Assembly: GCA_963703285.1 (NCBI GenBank)
Contig: OY969807.1
Location: forward strand, 448,001 to 512,000
DNA length: 64,000 nt
Origin: an uncultured Nitrososphaerota archaeon
GTDB taxonomy: Archaea > Thermoproteota > Nitrososphaeria > Nitrososphaerales > Gagatemarchaeaceae
Direction of reading: 5' to 3'
Shown: piece by piece, positions 47,958 through 57,524 of the stretch
Numbering within the stretch: position 1 is the stretch's first letter
Layout of the letters: each line of letters opens with the position of its first letter
Notes under the pieces: generated by a model
What the model was told of the DNA's origin: nothing
The model's input: the letters and a program-made list of their open reading frames with translations, nothing else
Database searches by the model: none
Position numbers and translations under genes: made by a program

Positions 47958-49184
47958 CTAGACGATTGAGAGGGCCCTGGAGAGGACGTCGGCGCCCCGG
48001 AGGGTCCCCAGGCTGCCCTTCTCCGCGTCACCCTCCGTGAACCTGCAGCAGTCCCGGTCTCTTTGCGTCGTGGTGACCATGAGGGGAACTGGGTCGCTCG
48101 AGTGCATCTTCAACACGCAGGGAGTCGAGTGGTCACAGGAGACAGCGAACTTGGCGTCACCCGCCCTGATGGAACCGAAGAAGACGTCGTCGATCGACTC
48201 GATGTTCTTCTTCTTCCCCGTGGCGTCTCCGTCGTGGCCGAACTCGTCGGGGCCCTTGATGTGCGCATAGACGATGGAGCCCTCTGAGAGCTCGCGGTTG
48301 AACAGCTCCGCCTTCCCTTGCAGGTCCCTGTGGTCCTTGACGGTTACTTCCTTCATGCCCAGCAACCTCGCAATCCCCACCTCGGCGGGCATCTCCACCA
48401 GCGCTACCCCCTTTACACCGTACTTCTCTCTGAAGGGCTGGACGACCGGGACGTGGTCGCTGGCGTCGCGGAGCAGGAGGAGGTTGGCTGGCTTCTTTCC
48501 CTGCCTCGTTCGCTCTGAGTTGACGGCGGACGAATCCAGGACCTTCGTCGCGAGGGAGAGGAACTCGTTGACCAGCTGGGCCGCCCTGGCCGCGCCGCGC
48601 GACCTGGCGATGGGCTTTGAGGTCTGCACCTTCTCGGGTCCGGAGACCTTGCGAGCGGCGCCAAACCAGCGCGTTCGCGAGTAGGCTGGGTCGGTGTTGG
48701 TTATCTCGGCCGAGAGCCGCCCGCCCCCCCTGATGACCAGTACCGCCCGGTAGCCCACGGTGCTCCTGAACTCGAACTCCCCGCCGTCGAGCTTGATGCC
48801 GTTCAGATCTTCCTCCAGGGAGAGTGCTTCCTTCTTCGTCAGGTCCCGACCTGCCCGCCTGTCGGTGATGTATCCTCCCTCGGCCGTTGCGAAGTTGGCC
48901 CTGACAGCCAGGTCCCCGTCCTTGAAGCGGACGCCGGCGCCGATGGACTCGACGACGCCACGGCCAGGATAACCGCTCGGAAACGCGTAGCCCAGCATGT
49001 TGAAGACGGCGATGTCCGACTCGGGGGCAACCCCCCTCCCCACCGTGACGACGCGCCCCATCCTTGACCTCCCGGCGAGCGCGTCCATGTGAGGCGTGCT
49101 GGCTGCCTCGAGCGGGGTCGTGAAATTCAGCGACGGGACGGGCCTGTCGGCGCACCCGTCGAGCAGGACGTATCCGAACTTCAT
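47958..49184 (-). CDS. apgM: 2,3-bisphosphoglycerate-independent phosphoglycerate mutase (archaeal)
   Basis: LDGCADRP, TPLEAA.TP, PESD, GRGVVE, HIKGPDEFGHDG, DHSTP, HSSDPVP. Confidence 0.93.
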   Translation of the reverse strand: MKFGYVLLDGCADRPVPSLNFTTPLEAASTPHMDALAGRSRMGRVVTVGRGVAPESDIAVFNMLGYAFPSGYPGRGVVESIGAGVRFKDGDLAVRANFATAEGGYITDRRAGRDLTKKEALSLEEDLNGIKLDGGEFEFRSTVGYRAVLVIRGGGRLSAEITNTDPAYSRTRWFGAARKVSGPEKVQTSKPIARSRGAARAAQLVNEFLSLATKVLDSSAVNSERTRQGKKPANLLLLRDASDHVPVVQPFREKYGVKGVALVEMPAEVGIARLLGMKEVTVKDHRDLQGKAELFNRELSEGSIVYAHIKGPDEFGHDGDATGKKKNIESIDDVFFGSIRAGDAKFAVSCDHSTPCVLKMHSSDPVPLMVTTTQRDRDCCRFTEGDAEKGSLGTLRGADVLSRALSIV

Positions 49185-49279
49185 GTCGTCAGGGCGCTCC
49201 GGCGTCGAGCGTTATGTGTCTTTTTTCGACGGGGTCCTGAGAAACGATATATCTCATCGAAGCCGACCCGACAGTCACA

Positions 49280-50314
49280 ATGGTCGAGATAAGGAAGGAC
49301 TACTTCACTGAGCGGCTCTCCATAGTCACCAGTGATGCCAGGGCTACCCGCGTCCCGGCAAGGCATCTCGACCACGAGAAGTGCCCATTCTGTCCGGGGA
49401 ACGAGGCGATGACGCCGCCGGCGGACCTGGTACTGGTCAAGATGGGCAACACGCTGGTAAAGCAGACCGACACGGAGGGGGAGCGAATCACCGGGTGGGT
49501 AGTGCGCGTCTTCCAGAACAAGTACCCGGTGGTGACGCCCAACGCCCCGGCGTCCTACGGCGAGTATCCCCACTACAGCGAGCCGGCCGTAGGCTACCAC
49601 TACGTCGTCGTGGCCTCGCCCAAGCACGAGGATTCTTTCGCGAAGCTGACCATAGACCAGTGGACCGACCTGCTGGCCACGATGCAGGACAAGGTGCGCT
49701 GGCTCTACGCCCAGAGGGGCGTCAGCTACGTCGCGACGTTCATCAACTACGGGAAGGGCTCCGGACAGACGGTCGACCACGCGCACGTGCAGCTCGTCAC
49801 GCTGCCGAGGCTGCCCCCGGTCGTGGAGACCGAGGCCGCCATGGTCCAGAACTCCTTGAACGAGCTCGGTGTCTGCCCAATGTGCCAGGTCGTGGCGTCG
49901 GAGAGCGGGGGTCCGAGGCAGATCCTCTCGACCGAGTTCTACATCGCGTTCGCGCCGTGGGCGTCGGCGCACTCCTACGAGTTCTGGATCTACCCGAAGC
50001 GCCACCAGACGAGCATACTCAAGCTCTCACAGAAGGAGCTCAACGACCTTTCCCTCCTTCTCAGGTCCACGCTCGGGGGGATGTCGAAGGTCCTGGGCGA
50101 CTGCGGCTTCAACCTGGTGATACACAGCTCGTCGGAGAAGAAGACGACGAAGCAGATCCACTGGCACGTCGAGGTCTATCCCAGGCTGTCGACCTGGGCG
50201 GGCCTGGAGCTCGGCACGGGGATCTTCGTCAACGAGGTCTCTCCGGAGGCCGCCGCCGAGCAGCTCGGCGCGGCGAGCAGGAAGGAGCTCGCGCAGATGG
50301 TCGGCATCACCTAG
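49280..50314 (+). CDS. galT: Galactose-1-phosphate uridylyltransferase family (HIT)
   Basis: EIRKD, CPFCPGNE..TP, VRVFQNKYP, HAHVQ, CPMC, HWHVEVYP, GLELG. Confidence 0.88.
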   Translation: MVEIRKDYFTERLSIVTSDARATRVPARHLDHEKCPFCPGNEAMTPPADLVLVKMGNTLVKQTDTEGERITGWVVRVFQNKYPVVTPNAPASYGEYPHYSEPAVGYHYVVVASPKHEDSFAKLTIDQWTDLLATMQDKVRWLYAQRGVSYVATFINYGKGSGQTVDHAHVQLVTLPRLPPVVETEAAMVQNSLNELGVCPMCQVVASESGGPRQILSTEFYIAFAPWASAHSYEFWIYPKRHQTSILKLSQKELNDLSLLLRSTLGGMSKVLGDCGFNLVIHSSSEKKTTKQIHWHVEVYPRLSTWAGLELGTGIFVNEVSPEAAAEQLGAASRKELAQMVGIT

Positions 50315-51338
50315 TCTTCTTCAGCTCGTCGATGAGCCCTATGCCGAACGGCTCCACGCCCCTGAGGATGGCCGCGTAGTATGAGGCTACGTCGAGCGTG
50401 TAGCAGAGGTTCATCAGCTCCGCCAGGTTGCCGTTGCCGCTCGCGCTGACCCTCGTCTCGCGGACCCCCCTGCGCGCTAGCATCAGGCCGAAGGCCTCCA
50501 GCGACCTCGTCTCGGATCTCGGGTCGCCAGGTCGCCCCAGGATCACGGGCCGCTCGCGCGCATCCGGGAACTCCCAGGCTTCCACCTCGTTGTGCAGGAA
50601 GTCGGGGGCTGCGGCGAACGACGCCCGCATCTTAGCGTTCTCGTTCAGGCTGTTCTTGAACCTCCTGGCCACGCTCTTGGTGACCGACGTCGCGTAGACG
50701 CAGGGCTCCGTGTCGCTCACCTCAGACGCCAGGAGCTTTGACGGGTTCTCCACCGTGGGGACTTTGACGCCGATCCGTTCCCAGGTGCTCTTCATCGTCG
50801 CGACCGTCTCGTCCACCTCCCACTCGATCCCCTCGAGGAGCGAGGCGGATCGGAGGACGGCCACCGAGGCGAAGAGGCTGTACGGCAAGCTGAACCTCGG
50901 CGCCTTGGTCAGCTTGATCGCGACGTGGGGCACACCCTCGCTCTCGGCCATCTCCCTCAGCCTCCCGCCTGCCGAGATCGCGACGGTGTCTGGATGGCTC
51001 CCCATAACCCCGCGCCACATCTGGAGGGTCTCCTCGGTGTCGCCGGAGGTGCTGCAGACGACCACGAGAGCGTTCTCGAGGTGGACCTTCGGCAGGTTTC
51101 CGCGATACACGGAGACTTCGACCCTGCCCGACGAGAGGAACCAGTCGGAGATTATGTCGCCGGCGGTCGCGGAACCGCCCACAGCCAGGTAGATGACCCT
51201 GTCGTAGGGTCTTTGCCTGACATCGACGACCGTCTTCAGGGCGTCCTCGACGTTTGCGGGCCAACCCTCGTAAAGCTCGAATACTCTCCTCGGCTCAACC
51301 CTGACAACCTCTTCAGGAGAGAGTTTGTCTACTTGCAA
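50307..51338 (-). CDS. Bifunctional phosphoglucose/phosphomannose isomerase (SIS)
   Basis: VGGSATAGD, STSGDTEET, PRFSLPY, RFKNSLNENAK, HNEVEAW, IDELK. Confidence 0.88.
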   Translation of the reverse strand: MQVDKLSPEEVVRVEPRRVFELYEGWPANVEDALKTVVDVRQRPYDRVIYLAVGGSATAGDIISDWFLSSGRVEVSVYRGNLPKVHLENALVVVCSTSGDTEETLQMWRGVMGSHPDTVAISAGGRLREMAESEGVPHVAIKLTKAPRFSLPYSLFASVAVLRSASLLEGIEWEVDETVATMKSTWERIGVKVPTVENPSKLLASEVSDTEPCVYATSVTKSVARRFKNSLNENAKMRASFAAAPDFLHNEVEAWEFPDARERPVILGRPGDPRSETRSLEAFGLMLARRGVRETRVSASGNGNLAELMNLCYTLDVASYYAAILRGVEPFGIGLIDELKKTR

Positions 51339-51411
51339 ATTCCCAGGACTCGTTCTTGCTGCCCCGGGACTCCAAAACCCTCCCATTTAAGCTGCTCAGG
51401 GCAGGAGAGGG

Positions 51412-52611
51412 CTAACTGCGGTCGTTTTCTGCGGTCAGGGGCGGTTGCTCGGGCTCGGCGTAGATGCGCTCGATCAGGGCCTCCCTTGCCGGGGTGAGAG
51501 CGAGGTTCCTCCTGGCCATCATCCTGCCGGCCGTCTGCACGACGGACGCGAGCGTGAGGTCGAACGACTCGCGCCTGTAGCCGTCGTAGCTCGTGAAGTC
51601 CGGCACATCGAGGTCGACGAGGCCTGAGGCGTGGGCGGAGACGCCGAGGACCTTTCCCCCGTACAACATCGTCCCCACGGAGACCTTCGCCATGTCCCCG
51701 ATGAGGGCACCCAGCTTGAGGAGGCCGGTGTCGACCCTCCCTGAAGGGGTCGCTACCCTCACCGTCCCGTATGTGCTCTTGAGGTCGCTCGTCTCGCTGC
51801 CCGCGCCGAGGTTCACCCATTCGCCGACTATCGAGTGGCCGAGATAGCCCGAGTGCGCCTTGTTGGAGTGTCCATAGACTATTGAATGGTCCACCTCGCC
51901 CCCTATCCGGCAGTCGGCGCCGATGCTCGTCCCCCCGCGAATGAGGGCGGAGTGCACGATGGTCTTCGGGCCGATGTAACAGGGCCCCGTGAGACGCGAG
52001 AACGACTCGATCCGGGCGCGCTCTTCGATTACGATCGGGCCCGTGGAAGGGTCGAACGAGACGAACTCCTCGACCTCGGCTCCTGGGCTTATGCTCAGCG
52101 CCGGTGTGCCCCGCTTCGGGGCCATCGCGCGCAGGGCTGCTTCGTTCGCCTCGAGCATCTCCCACGGATAGCTGAACATCGGTTGGTCGCTTTGTAACCG
52201 CTCCAGCCGCTTTGCGACCTGACGGAGCTTCCTCTGCGCAATCGTCGAGTCTGGTGCAAGGGTTCGCTCGAAATCGGCCCTAGAGAGGACCGCTGCCGCG
52301 ACATCGTCCCCATGCAGGATTGCGGCACCGGCCTTCTTCTTCGTCAGTTTGCCCAGGTCAGCGAGCGGGTTGACCCTGGCGTTAATCGCGAGGACCCTCC
52401 CGTCGGCGCCCTCGTTGTAGACCAGCCCCGTCTCCTCCCTGACGACCTGCGCGAGGTGAATCCTCCCTGCGAGGGACGGAGGCTCGTCCAGCCCCGCGGA
52501 GAGGTGCTCGATCGTGGAACGCGCCCCCAGGACCTGCTGGCCGACGTGCCTTGTGGATGTGAAGGGGCGAAAGTCCCCCCACCGGTCGTCCTCGAAGATG
52601 AGCACTTTCAC
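51412..52611 (-). CDS. GlmU-like putative sugar nucleotidyltransferase with hexapeptide repeats
   Basis: IFED...FRPFT.TR, IGGEV..S, NKAHSGYLGHS.VGEWVNLGAG..TSDLK.TYG. Confidence 0.85.
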   Translation of the reverse strand: MKVLIFEDDRWGDFRPFTSTRHVGQQVLGARSTIEHLSAGLDEPPSLAGRIHLAQVVREETGLVYNEGADGRVLAINARVNPLADLGKLTKKKAGAAILHGDDVAAAVLSRADFERTLAPDSTIAQRKLRQVAKRLERLQSDQPMFSYPWEMLEANEAALRAMAPKRGTPALSISPGAEVEEFVSFDPSTGPIVIEERARIESFSRLTGPCYIGPKTIVHSALIRGGTSIGADCRIGGEVDHSIVYGHSNKAHSGYLGHSIVGEWVNLGAGSETSDLKSTYGTVRVATPSGRVDTGLLKLGALIGDMAKVSVGTMLYGGKVLGVSAHASGLVDLDVPDFTSYDGYRRESFDLTLASVVQTAGRMMARRNLALTPAREALIERIYAEPEQPPLTAENDRS

Positions 52612-52625
52612 GAGGATCGCCCTGA

Positions 52626-53348
52626 CTAGGGAACCGTCCCGTAGAGCTTGGAGTAGTATTCATCGGCCTCCTTGTAGGCGGCCTTGTCTCCGATGTCTCT
52701 GAACGTGCCCGTCATCTTGAGGGCGAAGATCCTCTCGTGGTGGCCCAGGGCGACCTCGAAGGCCTCCTTCATCCCGTAGGTCGACCCGCTCGGGATGTAC
52801 TTCAGGAAGGGCTTTTCCATGACGTAGCAGCCGACGTTGATCTCGCTCTCAACGACCGGCTTCTCCTTCCACGCAGTTATCGCGCCGTCCTGGCCGACCT
52901 CTATGACGCCATACTTGCCCTGTGTCCTGTGGGTCATGAGCGCCATGGTGAGCATCGCGCGCTTCTGTTCGTGGAACCTCACGAGCCTCTTTAGATCAAA
53001 ATCGAGGATCGCGTCCCCGTAGAGGCAGACGAACCGACTCGGGAGCAAAGGCTCAGCGTTGCGAAGCTGCCCAGCGATGCCCAGCGGCTTGCTCGAGGTG
53101 GCGTACTGGACCCTGACCCCGAACTGCGAGCCGTCCCTGAAGTGGTCCTCTATCATCCTTCCCAGGTAACCGGTCGAGATGACGATATCGCCGAAGCCGT
53201 TGTCCCTCAACCAGTCGACTATGTACTCGAGGATTGGCCTGTGGCCCACGGGGAGCATCGGCTTTGGCACGAATAGGGTGTAGGGTCTGAGGCGCGTCCC
53301 CAGGCCCCCCGCGAGGATTACCGCCTTGGTTCTATCTGTTCGCTTCAA
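52626..53348 (-). CDS. NDP-sugar pyrophosphorylase (nucleotidyltransferase)
   Basis: AVILAGGLGTRLRPYT..PKPMLP, YGD, EKP, DIG. Confidence 0.92.
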   Translation of the reverse strand: MKRTDRTKAVILAGGLGTRLRPYTLFVPKPMLPVGHRPILEYIVDWLRDNGFGDIVISTGYLGRMIEDHFRDGSQFGVRVQYATSSKPLGIAGQLRNAEPLLPSRFVCLYGDAILDFDLKRLVRFHEQKRAMLTMALMTHRTQGKYGVIEVGQDGAITAWKEKPVVESEINVGCYVMEKPFLKYIPSGSTYGMKEAFEVALGHHERIFALKMTGTFRDIGDKAAYKEADEYYSKLYGTVP

Positions 53349-54057
53349 GCGACCCTGACACTCTAGACCTGAAGGTCGTTATCGCATCCCTATATGCTTC
53401 AACGCCGGGTTCCAGAGAGGAAGGGTCGACGCTGACTCCCCTGAGGCCTGCATCTGCGATGCTCTTGTAGTCCGCCGCCTCTATCCTCTTCTGGGCACGG
53501 AGGATCACGGGCTTCGACGAGAGCCTCGTTATCATGCGGAGCGTCGAGAGGTCGAGCACGCTGAAGACGTGGGCCAGCCCCTGGGGGGAGACTATCGCGG
53601 CTTCCAGGGCTCCCACCTGGTCCATCTCCGAGAGGCTCTTTATCTGTTCGACCATGTAGCCCGCGCCTATCGAGACGAGCTTCTCGATCCTGGTGTCCGA
53701 GAGGACGAAGGGCGGCATGTGGTGGGCGTACATGTTCACGAAGCTGAAGGGCTTGCTGACTATGCGCTCCCATCCGTCCGGGGTGAGGGGCCTCGAGTCC
53801 CCGATCGAGATGCCGACCGGGATGGTGGAGGTCGATACTATGCCGAGGATGGAGTCTTCCTGGAGGTCGAAGCTGCCGAAAAGCCCTGGGAACATGGACT
53901 CGCTCTTGTCGATGCCCAGAATCATCGCGTCCGCCCCGCCGCTTTGAGCCGCCTCCGCGTACTCGGACGTGTTGTGAGGGAGTATCGCCATCAGCGGAGC
54001 TTCCGCTAGGGTCAGCAGTCTAGAAAGTCCCCTGACGTCCGTCTCCAGGCTCTCCAT
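53332..54057 (-). CDS. Hypothetical protein, probable TIM-barrel
   Basis: LPHNTSEYAEAAQSGGADA...IPVGI...KPVI...AGLRGV alternating beta/alpha pattern; first gene of the sugar-nucleotide operon. Confidence 0.6.
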   Translation of the reverse strand: MESLETDVRGLSRLLTLAEAPLMAILPHNTSEYAEAAQSGGADAMILGIDKSESMFPGLFGSFDLQEDSILGIVSTSTIPVGISIGDSRPLTPDGWERIVSKPFSFVNMYAHHMPPFVLSDTRIEKLVSIGAGYMVEQIKSLSEMDQVGALEAAIVSPQGLAHVFSVLDLSTLRMITRLSSKPVILRAQKRIEAADYKSIADAGLRGVSVDPSSLEPGVEAYRDAITTFRSRVSGSLEANR

Positions 54058-54314
54058 CTCTTATTGGGGCCGAGTTCGCTCCGCTCCCTTAGAAGCAGGC
54101 TGCTCAATTACGCTTCTTGGCTCTGTGAATTCGATTTGACTACCGTGCGTGGACGCTCGTGGTAAGCGAGGTCGGCACCCGGAACTGTAGGATGGACTAC
54201 CCGATGTCGAACTAGTCAATCGGTGAGACCTCGGGTGAGTCCCGGGGTCGTTCCCGGCCGGCTCCGAGAAGAAGAGGGAGTGCCTGTAAGGGCTCGATCC
54301 TCGCGTCCTGCCTC

Positions 54315-55406
54315 TCAGGCCACCGTGATCGATGTTATCTGGGATGTGATGGTGAAGGTCGTCGTGCCTGCTCCGTATGGGCCTCCGGTGGCCGAGCCCA
54401 CAACGTCCACTTCGAATGGGAACGGATAGTTCGCCCCGTTCGGCGACCCTATGGACATACTGGCGGTACTCAGGGTGATGCTCGCACCGCCGCAGGCCGG
54501 AACGGTCTCCGGAAGCGAGTTTGCGGCGTAGTTGGTCAGGGTGAACGTGTTCGTCCCGATCGTCACAGGCGACGTCCCGGTAGAGCGGAAGTACGCGGTG
54601 TCAGAAACGTAGTCGGTCGTCAGCTGCTGGCCGAACACAGTCTCCGTCCCCCACGCGGTGAAGAGACGCGACGACTGGTAGTACTGGATGGCTGCAGCGC
54701 CTGTGTAGTTGGACCCGGCGTAGTTAATCGCCACGATGGTCCCGTTCCTGAGAAGCCACATCGTAAACGCACTCGGATAGTCCGAGGATACGATGCTGAC
54801 CTTGAAGGTCGTCGCGCTCGCATAGACCGTGGAATAGCTCGAGGTGAAGGTGTAGGATGCCGAATTCTCCGAGATCTGGAAGTTCCCGCCTATGGATGAG
54901 TAGGCACTGAGCAGTGGTACGAAGACGCTCGCAGGCTGAGACGTGAAGCTGAGAGTCGGCAGGCAAGACGCCGACGCGGTGCTGGTCGACGCGCTCGACT
55001 GTGATGAAGTTGTCGATGTCGTGGTCGTGCTTGTCGTGCTGCTGGTCGTGGTCTTGGTGGTACTGGTCGTGGTGCTTGAAGTGGTGCTGGTGGTCGTGCT
55101 CGTGCTAGAGGTGGTGCTCGTAGATGCGCTCGTGGGCGTGGAACTACTGGTTGTCGACGGTGTCGAGCTTGTGAGCAGTGTGGAGCTTGTGGTCGGAGCT
55201 GAGCTGGTGCTGGTGGTCGTGGCCGAGGAGGTGGTCGCGATTGGAGACGAGGAGGTGAAGGACGTCGTGGTCGAAGGCGGACTCGAGCTCGAAGGACCAG
55301 AACCTGGCGCGGCAAGAAAGACATACGCAGCGACGCCAGCGATCGCGACGATGACCACAACGACGCCAACGGTTACAATGGTTGAGAGACCTCGCTCTGC
55401 TTGCAA
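54315..55406 (-). CDS. Surface protein with pilin-like signal peptide, long Ser/Thr stalk and beta-rich C-domain
   Basis: MQAERG|LSTIVTVGVVVVIVAIAG; about 110 aa S/T tract. Confidence 0.75.
   Translation of the reverse strand: MQAERGLSTIVTVGVVVVIVAIAGVAAYVFLAAPGSGPSSSSPPSTTTSFTSSSPIATTSSATTTSTSSAPTTSSTLLTSSTPSTTSSSTPTSASTSTTSSTSTTTSTTSSTTTSTTKTTTSSTTSTTTTSTTSSQSSASTSTASASCLPTLSFTSQPASVFVPLLSAYSSIGGNFQISENSASYTFTSSYSTVYASATTFKVSIVSSDYPSAFTMWLLRNGTIVAINYAGSNYTGAAAIQYYQSSRLFTAWGTETVFGQQLTTDYVSDTAYFRSTGTSPVTIGTNTFTLTNYAANSLPETVPACGGASITLSTASMSIGSPNGANYPFPFEVDVVGSATGGPYGAGTTTFTITSQITSITVA
54965..55290 (-). repeat. Low-complexity Thr/Ser codon tract
   Basis: Imperfect repeats of ACC/ACG/AGC codons encoding the stalk. 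Confidence 0.7.
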
Positions 55407-55631
55407 CTCGGCGGCATATTCTGAATGGCGTATTTAAGTAGGATAGGAATAACATATGTGTTAAGCCGGCTGGAGACGTCGCTCGCCGCGACCGAGAATG
55501 GCCCCTAACGCAGACCTTCCGAATCGCAGTAGCGCTCCGGATGCGGGGTTTCAGCGCTGGATTTCGATTCGAAGGTCGCGAACATTAGGGAAAGCCTTGA
55601 TAAGCCCTCGAGAGCCAGAAGACTGGGTGCG

Positions 55632-55835
55632 TTGCCCACCATCAAAGTTCCAGACCTGGGTAAGGCGTCTGTCATAGACGACGAGTTCGCGGGTTCCTTG
55701 GGGAGGTTTCCCCTTCTGGAATACGAGGTGACGAGCAAGCAGGCAGCAAACTGGAACAAGCTCAACGAGAAGGAGCAGCTCACCCTGGTCCTCAAGGCGG
55801 ACAGGGAGCGCAAGGACATCCGCGACTATCTTTAG
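55632..55835 (+). CDS. Small hypothetical protein
   Basis: 67-aa ORF with host-like codons after a TATA-like TTGATAA. Confidence 0.45.
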   Translation: MPTIKVPDLGKASVIDDEFAGSLGRFPLLEYEVTSKQAANWNKLNEKEQLTLVLKADRERKDIRDYL

Positions 55836-56068
55836 ACTCGTCGTCCGTTCTGTAGAAGTTCACCCTTCCGGCTCTATGCCACAGCTGTCGTGAGCTTCCG
55901 GCGTGACCTTGAGGCACTGGCCGGGTCGGAAGATTGCGTCGTGCGTGACCTTCGGGCTGCCTGGCCACAGGTAATGCAAAACATTCTCGCGTGCAGCGTC
56001 GCAGGCCAAAAAGGGGGAGCAGGAGCGAGGGCGTCCAGCCTCTCGCCCGCGCGTTTCAGGTGGGACTC

Positions 56069-56662
56069 TTATGGAGCTGCCTTGACGATGATGGTGCCCC
56101 TCATCCAGGCGTGGTAATCGCATGCGTAGGTGTACGTGCCTGGCGTGACGAGGGTTATCGTGTAGGTCGCCCCGCCCTTCATGTTGGGAGATGTCGTCCC
56201 TGCGGGAACGGTAGACCCGGCGGGCACGGTCCCGAAGTCGACGTTGTGAGTGACTCCTGTGTCGTCGTTGGTCCACGTGATCGTGTTGTTGACTCCGACG
56301 ACGACGGTTACCGTCGCCGGCGAGAAGTTGAGGTTGAGGGCTTGGTTTCCAACCCCGCTGGGCATTATGATGTTCGTGACCTCAGCGGAGGCGGTCGTCG
56401 ATGTGGTTGAGGTGGTCGATGTCGTGCTCGTCGTCGTAGTTGTGGACGACGAAGAAGTGGTCGTTGTGGTTGTCGTGGTGGTCGTAGTTGTGGGGGATGA
56501 GGACGTCGTTGTCGTCGTTGTGCTCGTGGTCGTGCTCGTGGGGGACGTTGTGGAGCTGCTGGGCACAAAGATGACGTAGCCGGCTATGGCGATCAGTACC
56601 ACCACAACTACTACAGCAACGATTGCCCCAGTGCCTATTCCCTTTCTTTGTTCAAATTGCAT
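56069..56662 (-). CDS. Blue (type 1) copper protein, plastocyanin/halocyanin-like, with Thr stalk
   Basis: FSPATVTV, ITWTNDD..THNV, PGTYTYACDYHAWMRG (His, Cys, His, Met ligands); N-terminal RKG|IG + TM. Confidence 0.9.
   Translation of the reverse strand: MQFEQRKGIGTGAIVAVVVVVVLIAIAGYVIFVPSSSTTSPTSTTTSTTTTTTSSSPTTTTTTTTTTTTSSSSTTTTTSTTSTTSTTSTTASAEVTNIIMPSGVGNQALNLNFSPATVTVVVGVNNTITWTNDDTGVTHNVDFGTVPAGSTVPAGTTSPNMKGGATYTITLVTPGTYTYACDYHAWMRGTIIVKAAP
56385..56560 (-). repeat. Low-complexity poly-Thr/Ser tract
   Basis: Long T/S run encoded by ACG/ACC/ACA repeats. Confidence 0.7.
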
Positions 56663-56947
56663 TCCTTCAGATCCTCAAATCGGCCCAAACTCTTTCTTCT
56701 TTTAAAAGTTTCTCACTTCGGGTTCAGTAGATACCTCTTCCTGAGCTACTTGCTGATGTTTTTCGCCAAGAAAAGGGAGGCAGGTTGGCCTTTTAGTCCA
56801 GCTCGGGACGGCCAATCTCGTATGGCCGAGGGCGGTGAACCGCGATCGTGACAGAAGAGGTAATATCACCCCCCGCCGAGGGGCGGCAACGGTGATGTGT
56901 GGCTGATTAACATCCCGGGCGGCAGACCGCGTCCCGACATCCCGATC

Positions 56948-57502
56948 ATGGGGAGCCGGGTCCCGAAGCCGGAAGAGATAGTCATGCTTTCCCAGCCCGT
57001 CCTCAAGGCGGTGATCGCGCTGGGGAGCGCGCTCAAGGACGTCCGAGCAAAGTGGGCGATATCGGGCGACGCGAGCGAGATAATGAAGGGCGTGAACGTC
57101 CATACGGACCACGTCGAGATCCTCACCACCAAGGAGGGGACCGAGGAGATATGCAAGGTGATGTCCGAGAGCAAGACCCTGGCCCCGGCGGACAAGGAGG
57201 AGAGGCTGGGCCGCGACGCCGACGTCGACGGCAAGATGCTCCCGGTCTACATCAAGAGCCACTATGCGGAGCTGACGGTGGGTGGCGTGAAGGTCAGGGT
57301 GTTCGGCGACGAGCAGTTCAAGGTTGCAGAGTGGGAGTGGGGCGACCCCCTGGACTTTGAGCCCGACTACGTCTTCGTGGTCGGGACGAAGGTCCCCGTG
57401 GTCCCTCTCAGGCTCGACAGCGAACTTGACCTGGGGCTGGGCTGGCTCGACCGCGTCGAGCTCATCTCCGACGCCATCATGCGCAGCCAGCACAGGCACT
57501 AG
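56948..57502 (+). CDS. Pol-beta-type nucleotidyltransferase-fold protein (degenerate)
   Basis: WAISGDASEIMKGVNVHTDHVEIL mirrors the W.hGGS....G.....DhDh motif; GVKVRVFGD, VPVVPL. Confidence 0.55.
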   Translation: MGSRVPKPEEIVMLSQPVLKAVIALGSALKDVRAKWAISGDASEIMKGVNVHTDHVEILTTKEGTEEICKVMSESKTLAPADKEERLGRDADVDGKMLPVYIKSHYAELTVGGVKVRVFGDEQFKVAEWEWGDPLDFEPDYVFVVGTKVPVVPLRLDSELDLGLGWLDRVELISDAIMRSQHRH

Positions 57503-57524
57503 CCACATCGAGTGGGCTTAACAA

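Noticed and set aside
54943-55437. Val-rich ORFs on the plus strand (also 56250-56579, and 43300-43941 on the minus strand)
   Set aside because: Antisense shadows of the Thr/Ser-rich stalk codons of real genes
55860-56068. Possible tiny CxxC ORF (MFCITCGQ...) on the minus strand
   Set aside because: Only about 36 codons, no second cysteine pair and no clear coding bias
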